Origin: Thermoanaerobaculia bacterium
GTDB taxonomy: Bacteria > Acidobacteriota > Thermoanaerobaculia > Multivoradales > JAGPDF01
Direction of reading: 5' to 3'
Length of the DNA stretch: 64,000 nt
Assembly: GCA_963712855.1 (NCBI GenBank)
Contig: CAVQJN010000001.1
Span: forward strand, 742,747-806,746
A model generated the notes under the pieces. The model had not been told where the DNA came from. It did not search any database and saw only the letters and a program-made list of their open reading frames with translations. Below, piece after piece: positions 9,625 to 17,694 of the stretch. Each line of letters opens with the position of its first letter. Within the stretch, counting starts at the first letter, position 1. A program made the position numbers and the translations under genes.

Positions 9625-12279
9625 ATGACGCCGATGCTAGCTCCCCCGCCCAGCCTCCCCGAACGGCTCCTGCTGGCCCTGATGCCGCCGGCCGAGCGCG
9701 ACGAAGTGCTGGCCGACCTGCGCGCCGAGCGCGCAACGCGCGCCGCACGCGACGGGGCGGGCGCGGCGCGGCGATGGATGTGGAAGCAGGTGGCGGCGTC
9801 GCTGCCGGCGCTCCTCGGGCGGAGCGTCTGGCGCGGCCGCACCGGATTCGAATCTCGAGCCAACCGCGCCCGACCGGGAGGGAACGCCTTGGAGAGCTGG
9901 ATCCTCGACTTCCGCTACACCTTGCGCCGGCTGCGCCGCCGGCCGCTCTATGCGACGCTGGCGGTGGCGACGCTGGCGCTCGGAGTCGGCGGCGCCGCCG
10001 CCATCGCCGGTCTGGTCCGCGGCGTGCTGCTCGAGCCGCTCCCCTACGCCCACGAGGAACGCCTCGGGATCTTCACCTGGGTCTACGACTGGTCGGAGAG
10101 CGAGATGCTCTACCTGCGACCCGACTTCCCGGGATTCCAGGACGTCGCCGCCTACGCGCCGCTCGACGTCACCCTCCATCGCGAGGGGTCCCCCGCCCAG
10201 CTCGTGCCGGGGATCCAGGCCTCGGCCGAGCTCTTCGACGTGCTGGGGAGCCGGCCGCTGCTCGGCCGCGGCTTCCAGAAAGGCGACGACGTTCGCGGTG
10301 CGGAACGCGTCGCGGTGCTGAGCTATGGCCTCTGGCAGCAACTCGGCGGCGACCCGGCGCTGGTCGGGCAGCGGCTGCGGCTCGGCGGCAGAGAGCGGAC
10401 CGTCATCGGCGTCATGCCGCGTGGCTTCTGGTTCCCGTCGCCCGATGTGCGCGTCTGGGTGCCGAGCCGGCTCGATCCCGACAACGGCTCAGGCGACTAC
10501 GCGCTCGTCGGCCGGTTGGCGTCCGGCGTCTCGTTCAGCGCGCTGCCCTCCTATATGAAGCGGCTCTCCGCGCGCCTCGCCGGCCGCTTCCACTATCCGG
10601 CGGACTGGGACAAGACGAAGGATCTGCGGCTGACGCCGATCCGCGACGCGCTCGTCGGACCGCTGCGCCCCGCGCTCTGGGCGACGCTGGCGGCAATGGC
10701 GATGATCCTGCTGATCGCCTGCGCCAACGTCGCCGCGCTCACCCTGGGCCAGCTCGAGGGACGCACAACCGAGCTCGCGGCACGGCTCGCTCTCGGCGCC
10801 GAGCAGCGACGGCTGGTGCAGCAACTTGTCGCCGAGGCGATCGTCCTCGGCGGCGCCGCGGCAGCGGTCGGCGCAGCGCTCGCGGCGGCCGGATTCCGGC
10901 TGCTGGTCGCCGCGCTGCCGCTCGGCGCCTGGGCCGAGCAGGCGCGCCTCGACGGCTCGGTCTTCGCCGCAGCGCTCGTCGCGGCGCTCGTCGCCGGTTT
11001 GCTCCTGGCTCTGCTCCCGACGATGTCGCTGGCACGGCGCGACCTGCGCGGCGCGCTGGCGATGACGCGTACCCGCGGGGTCGCTGGGCGGGGTGGGCGG
11101 CTCGAGAGCGGTCTCGTCGTCGCCGAGGTCGCCCTCGCCGTGCTGCTCACCGCCGGGGCGGCGCTGGTCGCGCACAGCGTCTCGAACCTCTACGCGGTCG
11201 ATCCCGGCTTCGAGACCCGCGGCCTGGCGGTGGTCGATCTGGTGCTTCCCGCTGGCAGCACGCTCGGCGAGCGGCAGCGGACGGTCCACGAGATGGTCGA
11301 CGGGCTGGCGGCGCTGCCGGGGGTGACGCGCGTCGCGGCGAGCCAGAAGCTGCCGCTGCGAGGTCCGGGATCCAGCGCCGGGATCGCGGTTGTCGGGCGC
11401 GCCGGCGACGCAGACACCACGACCTATTTCCGCTTCGTCACGCCGGGCTATTTCGAAGCGCTGCGCCTTCCGCTGGTGGCGGGGCGCACCTTCACGAGCG
11501 CCGACCGTGCCCTCGTTCCGTCCGGCGACGGGAGCGAGATTCCCGTGGTCGTCAACCAGGCGCTCGCCTCCGAGTACTTCAGGGGCGAGAGCCCCCTCGG
11601 CCGCGTCCTCACCGGCGGCATCGGCGTCCACGAGCGCATCGTCGGCGTGGTCGGCAATATCGCCGAGGCGCGGCTGTCGGATCCCCCGGTGCCGGCGCGC
11701 TACTGGCTCACCGACCAGGCACCCTTCGGGCTCGATGCCATGTCGTTCGTGCTGCGCGCCGCGCCCGGGCTCGACCCCGTCTCGCTGCTCGAGCCGGCCC
11801 GGGCGACGGTCGAACGGCTGGCGCCGGCGGCGGCGGTGCGCGAGACGACGACCATGGAAAGGGTGCTCGACCAGGCGGTCGGACCGGCCCGCCAGGTGAT
11901 GCGGCTGCTGGCCATCCTCACCGGGCTCGCGGTCCTGCTGGGCGCGGTCGGCGTCTACGGCGTCCTCGCCCACTTCGTCGCCCGCCGCCAGCGCGACTGG
12001 GCGATCCGCATGGCGCTCGGCTTCTCGCCGTCGCACGTCGTCGGCTACGTCGTGCGGCGCGGCGTCGCCCTGGTGCTCGCCGGCATCGCGATCGGTGGCG
12101 GCCTGGCGCTGGCGCTCTCGCGGCTGCTGCGCTCGCTGCTCTTCCACGTCGGCGCCGCCGATCCGGTGGCGCTCGCCGTGGCGGGAGCGACACTGCTCGT
12201 GGTCGGCATCGTCGCCGCACTCGTGCCGGCCTGGCGGGCGAGTCGCACCCACCCGGCACTATTGCTCAGGGAGGTTTAG
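9625..12279 (+). CDS. ADOP-family ABC transporter permease (MacB-like periplasmic core plus duplicated FtsX domains)
   Basis: 884 aa with the characteristic ADOP N-terminal leader, two MacB_PCD-like periplasmic regions and two four-TM FtsX-like modules (…LGFSPSHVVGYVVRRG…). Confidence 0.8.
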   Translation: MTPMLAPPPSLPERLLLALMPPAERDEVLADLRAERATRAARDGAGAARRWMWKQVAASLPALLGRSVWRGRTGFESRANRARPGGNALESWILDFRYTLRRLRRRPLYATLAVATLALGVGGAAAIAGLVRGVLLEPLPYAHEERLGIFTWVYDWSESEMLYLRPDFPGFQDVAAYAPLDVTLHREGSPAQLVPGIQASAELFDVLGSRPLLGRGFQKGDDVRGAERVAVLSYGLWQQLGGDPALVGQRLRLGGRERTVIGVMPRGFWFPSPDVRVWVPSRLDPDNGSGDYALVGRLASGVSFSALPSYMKRLSARLAGRFHYPADWDKTKDLRLTPIRDALVGPLRPALWATLAAMAMILLIACANVAALTLGQLEGRTTELAARLALGAEQRRLVQQLVAEAIVLGGAAAAVGAALAAAGFRLLVAALPLGAWAEQARLDGSVFAAALVAALVAGLLLALLPTMSLARRDLRGALAMTRTRGVAGRGGRLESGLVVAEVALAVLLTAGAALVAHSVSNLYAVDPGFETRGLAVVDLVLPAGSTLGERQRTVHEMVDGLAALPGVTRVAASQKLPLRGPGSSAGIAVVGRAGDADTTTYFRFVTPGYFEALRLPLVAGRTFTSADRALVPSGDGSEIPVVVNQALASEYFRGESPLGRVLTGGIGVHERIVGVVGNIAEARLSDPPVPARYWLTDQAPFGLDAMSFVLRAAPGLDPVSLLEPARATVERLAPAAAVRETTTMERVLDQAVGPARQVMRLLAILTGLAVLLGAVGVYGVLAHFVARRQRDWAIRMALGFSPSHVVGYVVRRGVALVLAGIAIGGGLALALSRLLRSLLFHVGAADPVALAVAGATLLVVGIVAALVPAWRASRTHPALLLREV

Positions 12280-12282
12280 GCG

Positions 12283-12609
12283 ATGACGGAAGCGGTCGGC
12301 AGCTTCGAGGAGCAGGTGATGATCGGCGTCCTGCGCACCGGCGGCGAGGCCTACGGCATGGCGGTGCGCCGCGAGCTCGAAGATGTCGGCGGGCGCGACG
12401 TCGCGATCGGCGCCGTCTACTCGACCCTCGACCGGCTGGAGGCGAAAGGACTGGTGCGCTCGTCGCGCAGCCGCGGCGCCGCCGCCCGCCGCCTCTTCGC
12501 CGTCACCCCAGCCGGCCTACGCGCCCTCGCCGAGACCCGCGCCGGCCGCGAGCGGCTCTGGGACGGCATCGACCTGGCCGCGTTCGGCTTGCGGACCCGA
12601 GCGACGTAG
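12283..12609 (+). CDS. PadR-family transcriptional regulator
   Basis: 108 aa; winged helix YGMAVRRELEDVGGRDVAIGAVYSTLDRLEAKGLV is typical of PadR. Starts 4 bp after the ADOP permease. Confidence 0.8.
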   Translation: MTEAVGSFEEQVMIGVLRTGGEAYGMAVRRELEDVGGRDVAIGAVYSTLDRLEAKGLVRSSRSRGAAARRLFAVTPAGLRALAETRAGRERLWDGIDLAAFGLRTRAT

Positions 12610-12794
12610 CTGCCGCGCCCAGCCGCCGGCGCCGAGGGGCCCCAGCGAGACGTTGGGGACGAGGTCGACGGTGAAGAGGGTGATGATGTTGGCCGAGAGA
12701 TCGCGGCGCTTTGCGCTAGAGGCCGGTTTTCCGGGGAAGGTGATCTCTATTTGCTTGCAAGGAGCAAAGCGGCCCGCTAGTTGGCGGGCCGTAA

Positions 12795-12960
12795 ACGACC
12801 GCCCCCGCCGGCAGCACCGCGAGCGCGTAGCCGACCTGGCGCGCCGCCCCCGGAAAACCCGCCAGGGCGGCCACCTGGCCGTAGGTGGCGACGCGGCCTC
12901 TCGGAATCGTCCGCACCACGCTCCAAATGACGCGCCAGCGCGAAGCTTCCGATCCAGGCG
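12795..12960 (-). pseudogene. Duplicated 5' fragment of the ATL gene (remnant)
   Basis: About 165 bp nearly identical to 9090-9255. It encodes ...RVIWSVVRTIPRGRVATYGQVAALAGFPGAARQVGYALA and then diverges, with no intact ORF context. Confidence 0.55.
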
Positions 12961-13117
12961 CGCGGAATGCTCCCTCTCGCGGACTCACGTTGGCGCTCAG
13001 ACTATCCGTTCCCGCTCCGGAACAGGCGCACTCACGACTTGCGTGGCGCGCCGGGTCGGCGGAAAATGACCGACGGTTTCGCCCCACGACTCGAACCCTT
13101 TCGAAGAGGATGAAATC

Positions 13118-15568
13118 GTGACTGCTCGCCTCCGGTCGGCCGTGCATTTTGCATCTGTTCGCCATGTTGTCGCACTCTTGGTTGCTGCAGCCTTCTGCGT
13201 GGTGCTCACTCCGCGGCCGCTCCGCGGACAGGATGGCCTGCCGCCCGGAACTCCGCCTGACATCCAGAAGATCATCGAGAAGGCGAAGAGCGGCCAAGTG
13301 CCGACGCCGCAAGAGACCCAGCGGCTCATGGAGTGGGAGAAGCAGCTGGCGCAGAAGATGGGGGACCCGTCGCGCTCGGCCCCTCCGGGCAAAGTCGACA
13401 CCCAGTATGCGCCCGCCTCGATCGCTCGCGACGGCATCCCCTGCCGCCTGGAAGCGACGATCCACTACACGTTGCAGGCACCCGACGCCGACACGGTGAC
13501 GGGCCAGGCGAGCGCGTGGGCCGACGGGATGATGTACGCGACGATCGATGGCACCGACGACTACGTCAATTCCTCGGCCGATCCCTCCTCGCACGTTTCG
13601 ATCATCCGGATCGAGCCCCTCGCCAAGAACGGGAAGGCCGTGCTCGGCGGCGGCGGCAGCTACACGATCGAATCGGCCCACGACCGCATCTCGGCGACCG
13701 TGAAGCGGGCGGTCGGGGGAACGGTGCTGGTCAGCAGCGGGCACGGCGACGCGCTCATGGACGTGACAGGCCCGGAGATGTTCGGCGTCGAGGCCGAGGG
13801 CACGGAGTGCGGTTCCCAGGGTTGTCAGCCTTACAAGCACGACACCAACGGTGACTTTCTGGACGTCGCCTTCCCCTTCGCGATGGAGAAGCACCTCGAG
13901 GACGAGAACCAGACGGGCATCGGCAAGCCGATGCCTCAGCCCCCGCTCGCCATCTCGCTCGACCGCCTGAAGGCCGCCATCCAGGCCGGCGGATCGCAGT
14001 CGGTGAGCGGTTCGGAGAACTTCTCCTGGAAGACCGAGTACGAGACGGTCAACGGCAACAGCACCCTGAAGATCACGCTACGGCCCTCGCCCCTCCGGCT
14101 TCTGATCGACGAGCCCCTCGAGTATCCGGAGTGGTCGCCGGTGCCGTCATCCGACGACCCGGCGATCACGCAGCTCTTCGGCAAGGGATCCCGCCTGACC
14201 TTCCACGTCCGGCTGGTCACGAAAGACGGCAAGGAATCGGTGGTCGACCAGCCGATCGACTTCTACCTCGACGAGGTCAGCCACCACAAGGGCATCTGCT
14301 CCAACTATCCGAAGAGGAACGCGGACGACAAGCCGGATCTCCGGTTCACGTCGCCGGACGACGGGGTCTTCAACCAGGCGATCGAGATCGACCCGAAGGA
14401 TCCGAACCACGCCTACCTCAAGGCGCCCGCGACCGAGGCCGACGTCACCATCGAGGCGACCGACACCGGCGCCTACGGCAAGTTCCGCGCCGAGGCGAAG
14501 ACCCTTGGCCTCCTGAGCCTGGACGAGCGCACGGGCGAGAACTTCGTGCGTATCCCGATGGACGACGACAAGAACCACATCGCCGACGGATGGGCGAAGC
14601 GGCGCGGGGTCATGAACCTGCCGCCGACCTGGGACGAGGACGCGGTGCCCGCCGAGATGCCGCGCAAGGGCGACAGCCTGACGCTCTACGAGGAGTATCG
14701 CGGATTCGTCGTCGCGGATCCCCTGACTCAAGAGCCGCACTGGACGCGCCTGGAGACCCAGCGGCGCAAGACGTTCGTCTACCCGAAGAACGGCCACGAG
14801 GACTGGATTCGGGAGGGAGCGCGTCTGTTCGAGACGGTGACCGGCATCCGGGTCTACTTCGTGCCCGGAGACGACTACGTGAAGCCCGATCCGGCGCTCG
14901 ACAACAACCTGAACTGGATCAATTTCAACTCCGACCTCGACGACGGCATCGACTTCGGCCCCAAGGTCGACATCATCCCGATCGTCAACACGCCCGGCTA
15001 CATCTCCGACGATCCCAAGAATCCCGGGGTGCACGTCAACGGCCGCACGATGGCCGCGGGCGACAAGTACGGCAAGGAAGTTCCCGACGGTCCGTGGCAG
15101 CTCGACGAGATCCAGATCTTCCCGCAGAAGATCACCGCCAGCATGAACGACGAGGAGAAGCTCTACAGCGACCTGGCGGCGGGACACGGGACGGCGCCGC
15201 ACACGAAGGTGAACCTGGGCTATTACGGCGCCACCTTCCACGATGTCGCGACCGACATCCAGAAGGACTTCGCCGACATGGTGCACGATCTCTACGTCTT
15301 CAGCACGATGCACGAGATGGGTCACGCGCTGGGCGCGCATCACCACGACGAGGACCACCCGGAGATCGGCCCGCTCACCTGCCCGATGACCTACTGGTCC
15401 GGAAGGCGCGCGAACCTGCCCTTCTTCCTCGTCCTGTTCCATCCCAGCCGGACGGCGTGGTCCCTTCCCCCCGCCCCCGGCTCGACCGACAGCACTCCCG
15501 GTCCCGGCAGCGCCGCTCCCTGGAAGTTCTGCGCCGCGAGCTGGCAGCAGATGAAGCTGAAGCCGTAG
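13118..15568 (+). CDS. Secreted metzincin-like zinc metalloprotease (HExxHxxGxxH)
   Basis: 816 aa with N-terminal signal peptide (VVALLVAAAFCVVLTPRPLRGQ) and a C-terminal region carrying HEMGHALGAHHHDEDHPEIGPLTCPMTYW, which fits the metzincin HExxHxxGxxH motif. The preceding ~600 aa have no recognised fold. Confidence 0.7.
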   Translation: MTARLRSAVHFASVRHVVALLVAAAFCVVLTPRPLRGQDGLPPGTPPDIQKIIEKAKSGQVPTPQETQRLMEWEKQLAQKMGDPSRSAPPGKVDTQYAPASIARDGIPCRLEATIHYTLQAPDADTVTGQASAWADGMMYATIDGTDDYVNSSADPSSHVSIIRIEPLAKNGKAVLGGGGSYTIESAHDRISATVKRAVGGTVLVSSGHGDALMDVTGPEMFGVEAEGTECGSQGCQPYKHDTNGDFLDVAFPFAMEKHLEDENQTGIGKPMPQPPLAISLDRLKAAIQAGGSQSVSGSENFSWKTEYETVNGNSTLKITLRPSPLRLLIDEPLEYPEWSPVPSSDDPAITQLFGKGSRLTFHVRLVTKDGKESVVDQPIDFYLDEVSHHKGICSNYPKRNADDKPDLRFTSPDDGVFNQAIEIDPKDPNHAYLKAPATEADVTIEATDTGAYGKFRAEAKTLGLLSLDERTGENFVRIPMDDDKNHIADGWAKRRGVMNLPPTWDEDAVPAEMPRKGDSLTLYEEYRGFVVADPLTQEPHWTRLETQRRKTFVYPKNGHEDWIREGARLFETVTGIRVYFVPGDDYVKPDPALDNNLNWINFNSDLDDGIDFGPKVDIIPIVNTPGYISDDPKNPGVHVNGRTMAAGDKYGKEVPDGPWQLDEIQIFPQKITASMNDEEKLYSDLAAGHGTAPHTKVNLGYYGATFHDVATDIQKDFADMVHDLYVFSTMHEMGHALGAHHHDEDHPEIGPLTCPMTYWSGRRANLPFFLVLFHPSRTAWSLPPAPGSTDSTPGPGSAAPWKFCAASWQQMKLKP

Positions 15569-15647
15569 GAGCCTCGAGGGCCGAGCGGCGGCATGGAAGC
15601 ACGACGCTCACCGTCGGAACACACGCCGCCGGACCGCCCATCGGCGG

Positions 15648-15953
15648 TCCGCTAGAGGCGAAAGGGTGCCAGGCGAATAGCTAGCTGGTCCCGGAGACAA
15701 ACCCCTCTTCGACCAGCTTCGCGGACGGCTTCGACGCCGGCGACGCGTGCAACTGGGAGACCCGGGTGCCCAATACGCCCTGCGCTAGCGAAAGGGTGCC
15801 AGGCGAATAGCAGGCGAAAGGGTGCCAGGCGAATAGCTAGCTGGTCCCGGAGACAAACCCCTCTTCGACCAACTTCGCGGACGGCTTCGACGCCGGCGAC
15901 GCGTGCAACTGGGAGACCCGGGTGCCCAATACGCCCGGAGTGAAAGGGTGCCA
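15648..15953. repeat. REP-like tandem repeat array (24-bp GCGAAAGGGTGCCAGGCGAATAGC motif x4, separated by two ~100-bp identical units)
   Basis: Motif at 15648, 15779, 15805 and 15930. The ~100-bp unit (tagctggtcccggagacaaac...gggtgcccaatacgccc) occurs at 15671-15770 and 15827-15926. The motif equals one terminal inverted repeat of the Y1-transposase element. Confidence 0.8.
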
Positions 15954-16140
15954 GGCGAATAGCTAGCCAAGCCCTTTGGGCATGGACGAATTCTCTCCTC
16001 TTGGGGGACCCACGTTGATCTCGTCCGTCTCGCGCAACGAGGCACATCGATCTCTAGGTACGGCCAAGGCGCCGAGAGACTCCTGACGGTCTCGAGAGCT
16101 CAACCTCGAAAGATCACACCCGCGCCCTTCCTGGGCCGCG
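15940..16140. repeat. 3'-end remnant (~200 bp) of a Y1-transposase element; second copy at 20980-21180
   Basis: Near-identical to 20980-21180, which is the 3' terminal region of the intact element copy 1. It is cut at ...ctgggccgcga by the IS3 insertion. Confidence 0.75.
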
Positions 16141-16205
16141 ATGACCTGCTCCCCGCAACTCGGCCCAGTGGGGAATGACACACTGGCCCGCGGAAGGGGT
16201 GAGCG

Positions 16206-16472
16206 ATGCGGAAGAGTCGGTACTCCGAGGAGCAGATCATTCGGGTGCTCCAGGAGGTCGAATCGGGCAAGACGGTTCGTGAGGTTTGCCGGGAGCATGG
16301 GATCGCGACCGGGACCTACTACGCCTGGAAGTCGAAGTTCGGCGGCATGGACGTCAACGAGGCGCGACGGCTCAAAGAGCTCGAGCTCGAGAATCGGCGT
16401 CTGAAGGCGGCGGTGGCGGACCTGACGCTCCGGGAGCAGGCACTGAAGGACGTGCTGTCAAGAAAATGGTGA
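16206..16472 (+). CDS. IS3-family transposase OrfA (HTH)
   Basis: 88 aa MRKSRYSEEQIIRVLQEVESGKTVREVCREHGI..YYAWKSKFGGMDVNEARRLKELE, typical IS3 OrfA with a leucine zipper. Confidence 0.85.
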   Translation: MRKSRYSEEQIIRVLQEVESGKTVREVCREHGIATGTYYAWKSKFGGMDVNEARRLKELELENRRLKAAVADLTLREQALKDVLSRKW

Positions 16473-17353
16473 CGCCCGCGGCCCGGCGTGCGGCGGTCCA
16501 TCTTCTCCGGGAGCGACACCAGCTGAGCGAGCGGAGTGCGTGTCGACTGATGAGCTACAGCCGCTCGTCGTACCGCCGCAAGAGTCTTCGCGCCGAGGCG
16601 GACAAGCCCCTGAGAGATCGCCTTCTGGCGCTTGCGTCGGAACGACCTCGCTACGGCTACCGCCGGTTGCACGTTTTCCTCGAGCGGGAGGGCTGGAGCA
16701 TCAACCGCAAGCGGGTCTACCGCGTGTATCGGGAGCTGGGCTTGGCCGTGCGGCGAAAGAAGCGCAAGCGCGTGGCTCAGGCGAATCGACAGCCCCGGGT
16801 CGTGCCGATCGCTCGTGACATTCAATGGTCGCTCGACTTCATGCGCGACACGCTGGCCAACGGCCGAGTCTTCCGCACGCTGAATGTCGTCGACGACGCC
16901 ACTCGGGAGTGCTTGGCGATCGAAGTCGACACCTCGCTCTCCGGTTATCGAGTCGGTCGCGTGCTGGACGCCGTAGCCCGCGAGCGAGGTCGCTACCCGA
17001 GCCGGATCGTCTTGGACAATGGCCCCGAGTGCACGAGCAAGGCGCTCGACCAGTGGGCCTACGATCACGGTGTCACGCTCGCCTTCATCCGCCCCGGGAA
17101 ACCGGTCGAGAACTGCTTCGTCGAGAGCTTCAACGGGAAGTTCCGCGACGAATGCCTCAACCTGCATTGGTTCCTCAGCCTGGCCGATGCGCGGCGCCGC
17201 ATCGAGGCTTGGCGCTTGGATTTCAACTTCGTCCGACCACACAGTAGCTTCGACGGCCGGCCCCCCGCCGTGGCGGCGCGCGAGGCGTGGCTCCACCCGG
17301 CTACGCCGGCTTCCGCCACGCCTCGACCAGGGGCTAGGTACCAGGGAAAATGA
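16466..17353 (+). CDS. IS3-family transposase OrfB (DDE integrase core), expressed by -1 frameshift from orfA
   Basis: rve domain: ...WSLDFMRDTL...RTLNVVDDATRECLAIEVD...DNGPECTSKAL...PGKPVENCFVESFNGKFRDECLN (D, D, E triad). Frame is -1 relative to orfA; the putative slippery region AAGAAAATGG lies near 16455-16470. Confidence 0.8.
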   Translation: MVTPAARRAAVHLLRERHQLSERSACRLMSYSRSSYRRKSLRAEADKPLRDRLLALASERPRYGYRRLHVFLEREGWSINRKRVYRVYRELGLAVRRKKRKRVAQANRQPRVVPIARDIQWSLDFMRDTLANGRVFRTLNVVDDATRECLAIEVDTSLSGYRVGRVLDAVARERGRYPSRIVLDNGPECTSKALDQWAYDHGVTLAFIRPGKPVENCFVESFNGKFRDECLNLHWFLSLADARRRIEAWRLDFNFVRPHSSFDGRPPAVAAREAWLHPATPASATPRPGARYQGK

Positions 17354-17400
17354 ATCGCGAGTGTCCAGTTGGTGGTGGTGTCAACCTGGGGAGCAGGTCA

Positions 17401-17470
17401 GGCCCACGACATTCTCAATAGACGGAATCCAACGCCCAGATTCCTCGCTATTCGGGTGGCACCTTTGTCG
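17401..17470. repeat. 5'-end remnant of the Y1-transposase element (tnp start plus terminal IR), abutting the IS3
   Basis: ggcccacgacattctcaatagacggaatccaacgcccagattcctcgctattcgggtggcacctttgtc is a diverged copy of 22140-22210 and 23070-23140 (tnp start codon region plus terminal repeat). Confidence 0.65.
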
Positions 17471-17694
17471 GGAGGTTACGCCATCCTCAAAATTCCACGG
17501 GATTCGGGACGGAACCTCCTCCCGAAGACACGCAGCTGCTTTCTGAGAGCAGAAGGAATGGAGAACATCATCAATCTATGTCACGAAGACATCCGAACGA
17601 GCAGGACGAGCACGGTCTTGGGTATTGCGGGTGTGCTCTCCATCTGCTCCGATCCATTGCTTGGAGTCCTCCGAACTCATACGTTGGTTAAGTC

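Larger units (their letters stand above)
16143..17400 (+). mobile_element. IS3-family insertion sequence (orfA/orfB with -1 frameshift), 1258 bp
   Basis: Terminal inverted repeats begin TGACCTGCTCCCC at 16143 and, as reverse complement, at 17400. They enclose orfA (HTH) and orfB (DDE integrase core), with orfB in the -1 frame overlapping the orfA end. Confidence 0.85.

Noticed and set aside
9774-12674. 966-aa ORF in an alternative frame across the ADOP permease gene
   Set aside because: Its translation is Arg/Ala/Gly/Pro homopolymer-like, with no membrane topology. The 9625-12279 frame has clear FtsX/MacB features.
14131-15684. ORFs 14131-15684 (+), 14147-15442 (-), 22542-24725 (+) and 23107-24252 (-) across the metzincin genes
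   Set aside because: Off-frame or antisense ORFs inside the metzincin coding sequences, with Arg/Gly-rich low-complexity translations.
15648-15953. Possible CRISPR array (short repeats separated by ~100-bp units)
   Set aside because: The spacer-like units are identical to each other, the repeat is 24 bp with irregular spacing (two copies are adjacent), and no cas genes are nearby. It is better explained as REP-like transposon termini plus a duplicated gene-end remnant.
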